Below are positions 29,303 through 40,640 of a stretch of 64,000 nt of DNA, in pieces. Each line of letters starts with the position of its first letter. The first letter of the stretch is position 1. Where the stretch lies: positions 62,558,001-62,622,000 of the forward strand of contig OX597821.1 of assembly GCA_951406725.2 (NCBI GenBank), in the 5' to 3' direction. The notes under the pieces are model-generated. The model searched no databases. It saw only the letters and a list, made by a program, of their open reading frames with translations, and was not told the origin of the DNA. The position numbers and the translations under genes were made by a program. The stretch is from Octopus vulgaris. Its lineage: Eukaryota.

Positions 29303-29857
29303 CATACATATATACACATATATAATTGGATAGATATGAATAGCTATACATCGAAAGACTATACAAATGACATTACATGAAATTGTCTCATATTTTAATT
29401 CCTAGAATAAAACAAATTATAATTCAAAAATGTTATCGAAAATATAATTAGAGAACTTCTAAAACTTCTACTTGTACTACTTTCATGCTTAACATATTAC
29501 TTATCTCTGTGAATTAATTATTCGATTATTAACAACATGATATCCTCTCAAAATGTCATTTATTCGATCATTCACTGCCGCATAGTGCGTTTTTCTTAGT
29601 GGGATGTCAAGCAACTGCTTGTTAAATAGCTCACTGGCATCATGCTAGCTTCCTGATTTTTTTTTCAAGTCTTAGTATTATATAAGTTTACTGATAGCAA
29701 CGCTTTTGTCAAATGTAAATATTGATAACACATTTTCTACTTTCATCATAACAATCATCAGTTTCTGATACGAATTCGTGTTGCAAGAAAATTTGTACAC
29801 TTCCATATCCAGTGAAAATTTTCTTTGTGATATTACTTTTCAATATTTTCCCATCGC

Positions 29858-30010
29858 CAGGCGGCAAATTGGTAAAGTCGTTGGCACGCTCATATTTTAT
29901 CTGACTTTAGGTACTGGGGTCAATAAGATAAGTAGCAGTTAAACATTGAGATCAATGAAATCAGCTTAATACTAACTCCAAAATGGCTGACCTTGCTCCA
30001 AAACATGAAC
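29858..30010 (+). mobile_element. SINE family A, internally deleted
   Basis: AGGCGGCAAATTGGTAAAGTCGTTGGCACG ... GGGGTCAATAAGATAAGTAGCAGTT ... GCTGACCTTGCTCCAAAA. Confidence 0.7.
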
Positions 30011-30263
30011 CCGGTATTTTCTCGTTGTATATGCTGAAGCGACAGTCAAGAGAGCTTCGAAATATTTCTTTGGGCTGTAGAACTTCAGAATGAGACATGA
30101 ATAACATTTTCAACACGCTTGCTTCAGGAAACTCTGACATACACAGACGCACGCACACATACACACACAAGCACACACGCACATATATACACACACACAG
30201 ACACTTACTTACACACAGGTATATGCATATATATACATATACATACACATGTATGTGTGTGTC

Positions 30264-30307
<44 letters not shown>

Positions 30308-30428
30308 AATGTATATATGTATGCATATATGGGTGTATATATAGGTGTTTGTATATATGTATGCGTGTTTAAAAGTATATATATAAATATAGTTATATAT
30401 TTATACATACATATATATATATATAACG

Positions 30429-30469
<41 letters not shown>

Positions 30470-30473
<4 letters not shown>

Positions 30474-30888
30474 CGTTTATGTGAGTTCGTGTGTTGAAGT
30501 ATAATCTGTTATGTCTGGGGAGAGTCATTCTCTTTTGGTGCCTTTTAATTTTTACACACTTACCGGTAAAATTTCCACTTATTTCTTTCGTTATTTTTCT
30601 AAAATTTTCATTGCGTTTCGACTCTCAAAACTATCGAAAAGATTGCAAGGCGCAACGAAAATTTTAGAAAATTAAAAAAGAAATAAGTGGACATTTTACC
30701 GGTGTGTGTGTTAAATAATATAAGACGCACAGAATAAGCAACAAGAATGATCCCGGTAATTACCGGAGTCATTCTTGTTGCTTATTTTGATTATAATCAC
30801 CCCACGGATTTACATGGATAACATCATACGGAATTCTGGTGCATCTAAATTAAGTACCATATTCATTTGAATGTAAATTTTTGCTGAA

Positions 30889-30891
<3 letters not shown>
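30470..30891. mobile_element. (TA)n-flanked nested-palindrome element, related to 32192-32698
   Basis: IR ACACACTTACCGGTAAAATTTCCACTTATTTCTTT / AAAGAAATAAGTGGACATTTTACCGGTGTGTGTGT; short hairpin AATAAGCAACAAGAATGA..CCGGTAATTACCGG..TCATTCTTGTTGCTTATT; tail TTATAATCACCCCAC...TGGTGCATCTAA.TTA.GTACCATATTCA. Confidence 0.8.
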
Positions 30892-30957
<66 letters not shown>

Positions 30958-30987
30958 ATATATGCATGATATCTCTCTCTCTCTCTC

Positions 30988-31038
<51 letters not shown>

Positions 31039-32087
31039 GTGTGTGTGTGTGTGTGTATGCGTGTGTGTGTGCTGATTGTCACAATCACTGTCCTAGGTGT
31101 GTGTTTTTCTTTACGGGAGGATTTCATACGTTGCATGAGATAAATCTCGAGTGACAATTGAATTTAGCAGCCTTATATACTCCGACATTGTAGTCATCAC
31201 CACTTTCAACTGACAAGTCTGTATGTCTTCCAAACGGAAAACAAAGTAGACATTGCCACAAGATCTCACTTCTACTAATTATGAGAAGTTAGTTATTTAA
31301 GATCTCTATGATCTCCTTAAACCTTTTGCTGCAATTTTACTTTTTAACTTAGGAAAACTCCTAGCTACTACCGGTGGAAATGTTTACGTCATCTCTGCAT
31401 AATAGATGATGTCTGTTGATCGAAGCTGGTAGTTTTGTAGTTATTTAATAAGTCATTTTCACATTCACTATGAACAGAATCGGGTGCGGCATTATTGTCA
31501 GCAGGTTTCACGCTAGCTGCTGACATTACCTTTTACATGCTGAAAAACTATAATATTTCCTAATATAATATATATGTTTGCCATCTTATAGTAAGCCATT
31601 AAGAATTTGCTTACGTTTTCTTTGGGCAAAAATAATCGATATCAAGCAGACACGGAGAGGCAAATGATGGTTGTCCTGGATTGTCTGACTGGTTGAAGAT
31701 CAGATTTTTGTGTCAACAAAAATTATATTGCACAGCACAAACAAATCCCATGACAGATTCCATATAATTCAGTATAAATAGCTTGGCACACAAACGAAAC
31801 AACAACGGAGTGATGCTGCCATAAAGTCAAAAGCCATAAACATGTTTGTCATTGTGGTTGATTTGTGAATAAACCATGCTTTGTGTACAAAATTATTCTC
31901 CCACACAAGTGTATGTACATATAAATACACGCTCGCTCATATAAACATGCACACACATTTACACACACACACACACACACACATGAACACATAGAAACAA
32001 CGACACATATATTAACATTTATCGAAATTCGCGTACACTGCTGAACAGGAAGATATCTGAGTAAATAATCAACTGTCAAACGTATAT

Positions 32088-32195
<108 letters not shown>

Positions 32196-32218
32196 AGAAG
32201 CAACAAGAATGGATAGGT

Positions 32219-32309
32219 TTTTAGTACAATCGTTTCATACAAGGACAGGCTTTATTAAAAGTTGCAAAAATTGCAGCATATAAACGTGTCCCGTACTCAT
32301 CAGCTAAAA
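32219..32309 (-). ncRNA. Type I minimal hammerhead ribozyme (mirror copy)
   Basis: Exact reverse complement of 32463-32553, created by the palindrome. Confidence 0.8.
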
Positions 32310-32462
32310 TACATGTGAGTTCTCTAGACATCCTAGTGGTTGAGGCTATACTCATGAAGTAATGTAGATAATTAAGTAACATAAAGTTTATGTTACTTAA
32401 TTATCTACATTACTTCATGAGTATAGCCTCAACCACTAGGATGTCTAGAGAACTCACATGTA

Positions 32463-32553
32463 TTTTAGCTGATGAGTACGGGACACGTTTATATGCTGCA
32501 ATTTTTGCAACTTTTAATAAAGCCTGTCCTTGTATGAAACGATTGTACTAAAA
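32463..32553 (+). ncRNA. Type I minimal hammerhead ribozyme
   Basis: Stem I TTTTAG(32463-68)/CTAAAA(32548-53); core CTGATGA(32469-75); stem II GTACGGGACA/TGTCCTTGTAT; GAAA(32536-39); quasi-palindromic stem III ACGATTGT; GUA cleavage triplet (after 32547). Confidence 0.8.
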
Positions 32554-32695
32554 ACCTATCCATTCTTGTTGCTTCTTTCTCGCTTATAATCACCCCACAT
32601 TACTGTATTGTTAAAACCGTATAGTTTGTTTTGGTGCATCTAAGTTAGGTACCATATTCAAGTAAATTCATTTAAATTAACTTGAATCTTTATTG

Positions 32696-32747
<52 letters not shown>

Positions 32748-32936
32748 ATATGCTTAAGCTTGTATATATACATATATCTCTCTCTATATATGTGTGTGTG
32801 TGTGAGTTGGTGTGCAATCGCGTGTGTGATTAATCTTCTATACCTCCGGGTTCAACATTTAAATGGGATTTAACTGAAACTTTTTCGAAATATCTATTGT
32901 CTAATTGCTCATTTGAGAATAGTCTAGTATGAGATG

Positions 32937-32976
<40 letters not shown>

Positions 32977-33184
32977 CATCTGAAGAGACACACTGTCGGC
33001 AATGATTACATTATCATGTGATCGGAGCAGACAAATTTTTGAAGAAGTTTTATTGATCTTCTTAACAGAAAAATAAAATTAAGAGTAGATGATGAACAAG
33101 AATATATTTCAATTGAAATACACGACGAAACGATAGATGCAGATTAAATATTTATCTATCAATAGCGATATCAGTACAAATATC

Positions 33185-33236
<52 letters not shown>

Positions 33237-33759
33237 GCGTGTGTGTCTCTGTGCGTAGAAAACCATTAGCACTGTGTTTGGGATTTTTTGTTTTTGTCGA
33301 GTGGCCAAATATAGCCAACGGAAGTATCTCAACATAATAAACCAACAGATTAATAATTGCACATAAAAAAATATTACATCCTCCACTTCTCGTAAAAAAA
33401 AGAAAAGAATGGTCATATTATCCACTCACTGAAAAGGTTTGCGGGTAAATACAAATGTATAAAAACACAGCACCACCGATGACAATAGGAACAATAACAA
33501 CAAAAACCAGATCAACTATTACGGTGGGAATTGTAACATGCGAATTATTTTTCCTGAAACTGCGTTATTCCGCATCATTGTTTAGTTTGTATTGTAAACA
33601 GAGCCGAGTCATATACCTCACGTTTTGGATATCAACAGTCTTTCAATGATACAGGTCTATTACCTTAACCTATAATTTGTTAAGCCATTACGTAAGTTTG
33701 TAGACATTGGATTAAGTGTATAGACATGGGAACCATTCTTTTAAAATCTCTGGCAATAT

Positions 33760-34218
33760 AGAAATATCATTATTTCTAATTCTCTATAAAGGAGACTACG
33801 GCAGCGGTACTGAATATAAATAGTTATCGCCAAGCTAACATGGCGATAACTATTAATATCCAGTACCGATGCCGTACTCTCCATAAAAGAGAATTAGAAA
33901 TTATGATATTTCTATTTTTGACATCCAGTGGATGTATTCCACTAAATTTAGGTAAATAATTCTTCGAACAGTCAGTCAGCAGCGACGCTCGATGGGTTCT
34001 GCTACTCCACATTCATAAGAGGCAACCACCTCGAAACTAGTCTGTGGATGCCAGACCAGCAAGGAGAAGCTGCTGACCTCTCCTGTTCGAAGGTTATGAT
34101 GGACACAGTTTTCTGTGTCACATTACTAGCTAGATGCGATGGTCTCTTGGAGCTAATTAATGACAGCATTCGTCCTATTTTTCTGAACTGCCATGTTAGC
34201 TTGGCGATAACTATTAAT
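33760..34218 (+). mobile_element. Retrozyme/Penelope-like insertion with 5' inversion and 14-bp TSD
   Basis: ATCTCTGGCAATAT at 33746-33759 and 34219-34232; 75-bp-arm hairpin 33758-33915; 20-bp terminal direct repeat TGGCGATAACTATTAATATC (33841 and 34202); internal hammerhead scaffold. Confidence 0.75.
34006..34048 (+). ncRNA. Degenerate minimal type I hammerhead
   Basis: Stem I TCCACA/TGTGGA, stem II GAGG/CCTC, GAAA, palindromic stem III ACTAGT, GUC triplet. The core reads TTCATAA instead of CTGATGA (3 changes), so this copy is probably inactive. Confidence 0.65.
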
Positions 34219-34456
34219 ATCTCTGGCAATATTTTTTTCACAAAACAATAGTCTAAAAGAAAGGTAGAAGAGAACCGAAATAAAAGTACCAGTTAAGCAA
34301 ATGATGGCAGAACACGCTTTTGGTCGTACATCTATTACTTCACCATTTGGTTATAGGTAGAAAGCAACCACAGCAGCAGCAGCAACATCAGTCAAATGTG
34401 TAAAGGTGTAGTGAACTCTCTACTAACTCAGGTTACTAAAAATAGATAGAGATATA

Positions 34457-35262
34457 CGAGGTCTGATCAATAAGTATCCGAACTGTCGGCATAGTAACGA
34501 AGCAAAGCTGCTGTGCAAAGATTGACCTTGAACTCCGCTGTGCATGCGCACTAAGGTTTTATGTTCTAGCTTCACTTCCGCTATTTTCAACAGTGTTTGG
34601 AAGGACGCTGTATAGCGTGTGATCATCGCATTAACCATGACAGAGTAAGTTGAGTAGCGAATCTGCATCAAATTTTGCCAAAAGCTTGGCGGTACCTGTT
34701 CAGAGGCCTACGCAATGTTTTATAAAAGTTCTCATCGTTCTCGCTAAAATGAAGGCGATGTTGTACATTTGAAACCCGACTGTCGTTTTGGTCAGCCGAA
34801 AGCAGTTTTGGTGCAAACTTGAGAGACACACATCTCATACTCAAATCTTCAGTGATAATGGACTCAAGTGAACCGTTACTAATCTGCACATCTTTTGATA
34901 AATCATGGATGGTGGTTCGACGATTTACCCTCACAGCTGCATGCACACCTGCAATGTTTTTCTCAGTTCTGCTGATTGCAGGTTTCCCAGAACGTTTGTC
35001 ACTATCGAAATTTTCTCGGCTATCTTGGAAACATATGAACCACTCGTACACTTGTGTGTGGCTCATACACTCCTCTCTGTACATTTTCTACAACTTTGCG
35101 TAGTCTTCACAGCAGGTATTGACACGACAATAAGCTGCAATGCTAAACCTTAGTGGGCATGCACAGCAGAGTTCGAGGTCAATATTTGCCCAGCCGCTTT
35201 ACTTTGTGTACTTTAATTTCTTTACTATGACAACAGTCCGGATACTAATTTATCAGATCTCG
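34457..35262. mobile_element. Non-autonomous mariner derivative with two left ends
   Basis: TA TSDs (34455-56, 35263-64); TIRs CGAGGTCTGATCAATAAGTATCCG / CGGATACTAATTTATCAGATCTCG; inverted homology extends about 100 bp into the 5' UTR. Confidence 0.92.
34728..35120 (-). pseudogene. Mariner transposase N-terminal HTH fragment (no DD34D domain)
   Basis: YREECMSHTQVYEWF..FQDSRENFDSDKRSGKP...NRRTTIHDLS...IITEDLSMRCVSLKFAPKLLSADQ; HTH_48-type region and a WVPHEL-equivalent FAPKLL linker; stop codon upstream. Confidence 0.9.
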
Positions 35263-35344
35263 TATAAAACCACATAGTGAAGAATAAGGAATAGTTAAAC
35301 GTACTGATCTCCAATATCCATAAGTACGTACTTTAGAATCCTGA

Positions 35345-35472
35345 ACCAATAGAATAAGTACTTGGCTTGACAAATAAGCCCTGGTGCCAATTTGTTCAAC
35401 TAAAATACTTCAGGGCGGTGTTCTAGCATGGGTACCGTCAAATGATTGAAACAATCTTAAGAATAAAAGAGT
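35345..35472 (+). mobile_element. SINE family B 3' fragment
   Basis: ATAGAATAAGTACT.GGCTT.ACAAATAAGCCCTGG...GGCGGTGTTCTAGCATGG...AAATGATTGAAAC. Confidence 0.7.
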
Positions 35473-35907
35473 AAATTGATGCATAATCAACTACTGTGTT
35501 AATCGAAAGCAGAAAGAAAAGGAAAACCAATTACGAAACGCTGTAATGGCTCTAGTGAGTAATTGCAGGGGATTGAGTAAATGATAAATATATGGGTATA
35601 TGTGTGGATATGTGTTTGTATGTGAGTATGAATGCATACACATTTACATACGTATTCATAAACACACACACATACAGAAATTTATATATATATATAAATA
35701 ATAATAATAATAAATATTATGGAATAAATCCAACCTTACAGGGAAAAATCAGATTTAGGATTGAATCCAATTTTATAGTAAAATATTATATTAAATTAGA
35801 GACAAAACCACTATTAGGCAAATCAAACAATGAAAGACTTAAGCCAATGCATAAATTAATTTATATTATTTAAATATGTAACAATTATTAAAAATATATA
35901 ATTAATA

Positions 35908-35972
35908 TCCACTACGATAGTTTCCTAGCTGCTGTCATCAAATTTTTAGGTCGCAATCATTCATCAGGTGTT
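35908..35972 (-). ncRNA. Degenerate type I hammerhead within a TA-flanked island of about 300 bp (35700-36001)
   Basis: Minus strand: CAC CTGATGA a TGATTGC..loop..GCAGCTA g GAAA CTATC GTA GTG. Core boxes are intact; stems are short or mismatched. Confidence 0.55.
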
Positions 35973-36009
35973 TCAAAATTTTTCTTGGCGAGTTTTAAAC
36001 AATATATAT

Positions 36010-36113
36010 ATATGTATGTATGTATGTATGTACGTATGTATGTATGTATGTATGTATGTATGTATGTATGTATGTATGTATGTATGTATGTATGTATGTA
36101 TGTACGTATGTAT
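36010..36113. repeat. (TATG)n tetranucleotide microsatellite
   Basis: Directly visible. Confidence 0.95.
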
Positions 36114-36667
36114 GTAGACACTTATATTCGTGCGTATATCCTTGTACACATATATATTTATAAAGATACATACCCGTGTGTGTATATCTCTAAGAAACAT
36201 GTATTTCTTCGGAATTACTGCTTGTTCAGATGCTTCCATACAATCACACACATCAATAACTTCCTTGTGAGGATTATTATTCTACAAAATGGAACATTTT
36301 TTTATGTGGCTAGCCATAGCTTTTTCTCTGTAATATATATTTAAAAGTTTGATGTCTTCCTCAGCATACGCTTAATTGGATATGTAAATATAAACTACAC
36401 GTCATACGAAAAGAAAAACTATACAACATATAAATCAAGAGTAGAGAACAAACTATACATATATTATATATAAGACAGGGAGAGTGAAAGAGAGCTAGAG
36501 GGGAAAGAGTCAGGCTAAATACATATATACACGCATATACATATAAATGGATATATGTTGATATATGCTAATACACATGTATCTCTCTCACTCTCTCTCT
36601 CTCTCTCTTTCTCTTTCTCTCTCTCTCTCTCCCTCTCTCTCTCTTTCTCTCCATCGTTATGTATATT

Positions 36668-36985
36668 TAGGGGGAGTGGGTGTATGGTATGAAACGTGCT
36701 TCCCAACAACATAGTTCTGCTACAACTTCGGGCCAACAAAAGCCTAGTGAGTGGATTTGGTAGAAGTATGTGTATATGTTTGTATGTCTGCGTTTGTCCA
36801 ACCATCGTTTGATAACCGATGTAGGTATGTTTACGACCCCGCAACTAAGCGATTTTGCAAACGAAACTGATAGAATAAGTACTAGACTTACAAAAAATAA
36901 TTCCAGGTTTTCTTTCTTCGATCAAAGGCGGTGCTCCGGCATGGCCACAGTTAGATGACTGAAACAAGTAAAAGAATAATAGAAT
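36668..36985 (+). mobile_element. SINE family B (internally deleted)
   Basis: GTGAGTGGATTTGGTAGA ... GATAGAATAAGTACTAGACTTACAAA ... GGCGGTGCTCCGGCATGGCCACAGTTAGATGACTGAAACAAGTAAAAGAATAA. Confidence 0.85.
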
Positions 36986-37076
36986 AAGAATATATATATA
37001 TATGTTTCTATATGCATATCTATATCTATATGCATATCTATGTCTATATGTATGTATATATATATATATATAGATC

Positions 37077-37130
<54 letters not shown>

Positions 37131-37152
37131 GAGATAGATAGATAGATAGAGT

Positions 37153-37479
37153 GAGGGCGCGTGGCTTAGTGGTTAGGGCATTCGGCTCATGATCGTATGG
37201 TTGTGAGTTCGATTCCCGGCGACGCGTTGTGTCCTTGAGCAAGACACTTTATTTCACGTTGCTCCAGTCCACTCAGCTGGCAAAAATGAGTTGTACTTGT
37301 ATTTCAAAGGGTCAGCCTTGTCACTCTCTGTGTCACGCTGATTATCCCCGAGAACTACGTTAAGGGTACACGTGTCTGTGGAATGCTCAGCCATTTGCAC
37401 GTTAATTTCACGAGCAAGCTGTTCCGTTGATCGTATCAGCTGGGACCCTCGTCGTCGTAACCGGCGGAGTCTTATTATT
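37153..37479 (+). mobile_element. tRNA-derived SINE family D, young copy inserted in (GATA)n
   Basis: A-box TGGCTTAGTGG, B-box GTTCGATTCC, followed by GTTGTGTCCTTGAGCAAGACACTT; (TTA)n tail; flanked on both sides by GATA repeats. Confidence 0.9.
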
Positions 37480-37866
37480 AGATAGATAGATAGATACAAA
37501 TGCGATCACGCTGGGAAATTGCCCTGAAACGTTTAGTCGAATGAATCAATCTCAGTAATTTTGTTATAGTATTTACACTATTGTCCCTTGTTCCGAAAGT
37601 AGGAGGGGGTAAAGAAACCTGTACCTGTTCTCAAGCTGAGGTAGGATAAAAAACGTAGTGAAAAGGGTGGAAAGGGATACACACACATATACTAATATAC
37701 ACATATACCTATACATATTCACACACACACACACACACCAAAGCTACGAGAAAAAAGTAATCAATATTATCCTAACTCAATAGTTACTGCGCTGTTTGAA
37801 GATTTTGCTTGCCCGAGCAACTCGCTCCACGCCATTGTGTGTGTATACATACATATATATATATAA

Positions 37867-37948
<82 letters not shown>

Positions 37949-39508
37949 GTATGTAATATACAAAATATACAGACAGATAGAAAAAAAGAAAGAAAGAATA
38001 CAATGTGGCCAAAAAACATGCCATCAAAATTTGCAACTATTAAGTTTAGTAAAAATTGCACATTATAACTTCACAAAAGATTTCCTGATATTAAATTTTA
38101 TATGCTCTTATATGCTCGAAATAGACAAGTTGTCACGTGATTAGCCTACCGTTAAATAAATGTAAATCTTTTGTAGTAAAATTTGAATGGTTTTGCATTA
38201 TTGGAATTGTTTTTATAGACCTGTTCCATATACTTAATTTGTATGTGAAGAGCAATGAATTATGTTTTTTTGCAATAGATTTTTCAATTTTTTTAAAAAA
38301 CAAAATTGCAATTTTTCTGCTAATGTTCGAAAATGCCACCAACAAATTCTTGTAGTGATATATTGGAAAATGTCAGTAATGATTTCTGGTAAATCTAAAA
38401 TGTCTCTTTATTGCAACATTTAATTCAGACGTAATACATTCATAAGAGACTATGTTTTATTGCATTTATATATATATATATATGTATGTATTTATGTATG
38501 TATATGTATATTTGGAGATAGATACATAGATGTAGATGTATATGCATACATATACGTATATATACTAAATCCGTATATATGTGTGTAACTTTGTATGTTC
38601 GTTTGTATATATCTATATATGTATGTATTTTTGTATGTGTGTGAGTGTGCACGTATGCGTGCATGTATCTGTGTAATACCTGTACATGTATGTGTGTGTG
38701 ATAGATAGATATGTATGTATGTATGCCTGCTTCTGATCTGATGTTGGCTATTTTCATATAGTGGCAATTAAATTAGCAGAAACTATGAAGTGATAGAGTA
38801 TTTAGTATTTAATTTCAACCGTCTGCTAAAATAAATGTCACCTTTCATCCCTTTGTGGTCGATAAAATGACTGTTCTGATTATCTTTCTTTACGCCGCTG
38901 TATAGTAATTCCCATTCGTTACCAAATAACAAAATAGACAGTTAACTATCAAATAAAGTATGAATTATTAGCTGAATGAGCTTACTTTCAATTTTTGCCA
39001 CGATATTAGCCAGGAGGGGCCTCAGGTGAATCCTAGAACGAATTATTGCTTCCCTTTTCTGGACGATTATGTTGCTATGCACACAAATATGTAGGTCCAC
39101 ATTCAGATAAAAAAAGAATGCAGACTGATTAGTACAAAGACAATGACAGACAACCTCTCGGGAACGGGCTTGGTGTCTTAAATCTCTGACTTTTCTACTA
39201 ATGTAATAATGATCCCCGCTTCTTTGAACTGACCGGTCTCATACCGTCTCATTTCAGACATTCTTGTACCAATAGTCATATGTCTTATGAATCTCCCTAT
39301 GTCTATTTCTTCGCATATTCACCGAACACATTTCTTTCCCCAAATCGTCAAGCATTTAGAATCTCCCTTGATCATAATTACCCCTCAGGATAAAGTACAG
39401 CTTTTAAAGAGGAACATTAATGATATGACTGCGCTTTCCTCTAACCTAGTTTGAGAAAATTACGAGGAGATAATGTTATTGTACTTGCTAGCAGTATCAC
39501 AATATAAT

Positions 39509-39680
39509 AAGGTAGCAAGCTGGTAACATCGTCAGTACTCCCGGCAAGGTGCTCATATGCATTTTCTCCGTCTTTACCCTTGGAGTTCAAATTCCACTGA
39601 GGCCGACTTTGCCTTTCATCATTTCGGAGTCGATAAAATACGTAACGTGGTATTGTTGGTCTTGTGCCGAAATTTGAAGC
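39509..39680 (+). mobile_element. SINE family A
   Basis: GGAGTTCAAATTCCACTGAGGCCGACTTTGCCTTTCATCATTTCGGAGTCGATAAAATA. Confidence 0.85.
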
Positions 39681-40472
39681 CAATGTTTCAACACAATGAA
39701 GTTGCAATCCTCGTCTGTAATACTTTCATGGAGCTATGTAAGTAATGGAGTAAACATACCTCCAAAATAAGCTACCACTTTTTTTTTTATATTATGCGCA
39801 AAACCAATGTGTGTGAGCCATGTGAAAATTCGCAACACTATTTCAATATCAATTTGACCAGGGCATGAAACTTGATGCTTTAGATTGTTCAAATTCAATA
39901 CCTTTTTTTCGAGGTTAAACAATTTTAGTTTCTGTTATAACTGACGGCGTCATATTGTGGAACATAACATTATTTTCGTAGGTTTTCTTACAAATAATGA
40001 TTCTAATCATAAAACGATTGATATAACAAAATCACAAGCTAAGTGACATTTTTAAAATTGATCACAGATCTCCGTTTAGACAATTATATATTCTGTGGCA
40101 TTTATGCATAATCAGAGAATGTTTTCAAACAAACAGGAACAATAGAAATCTTCGCATTTTCCGTTCAGGTATATTTCAATATCATGGTGGAAAGAGGCTT
40201 CAAGGTTTCGGTCTTCTGCAAGTTTCTATTTTCTTCTTACATGAATCACTTTTCTAAGATATCATGTTATCACAAAATTGTAGAAAAGATAAACACCGAA
40301 ATAATCGCGTCCTTGGAATGATTTGATTTCAGGCAATGTAGGGAGGAAATAAATTTAAATAATCGCTTAAGCTATCCGGTTCAGACTTAATCGAAAATAT
40401 ATACTATATATATTTACATCTTTAATATTTTATATACATACATACATGTACGTATGTACATACATAATACAC

Positions 40473-40529
<57 letters not shown>

Positions 40530-40605
40530 TATACATACATTTAAATGTATATGTATATATACATATATATATGTATTTATACATATATATGTATATGCAT
40601 GTGTG

Positions 40606-40640
<35 letters not shown>

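Noticed and set aside
37153-37225. tRNA gene
   Set aside because: A and B boxes are present but there is no closed acceptor stem, and the sequence runs straight into a SINE body and tail.
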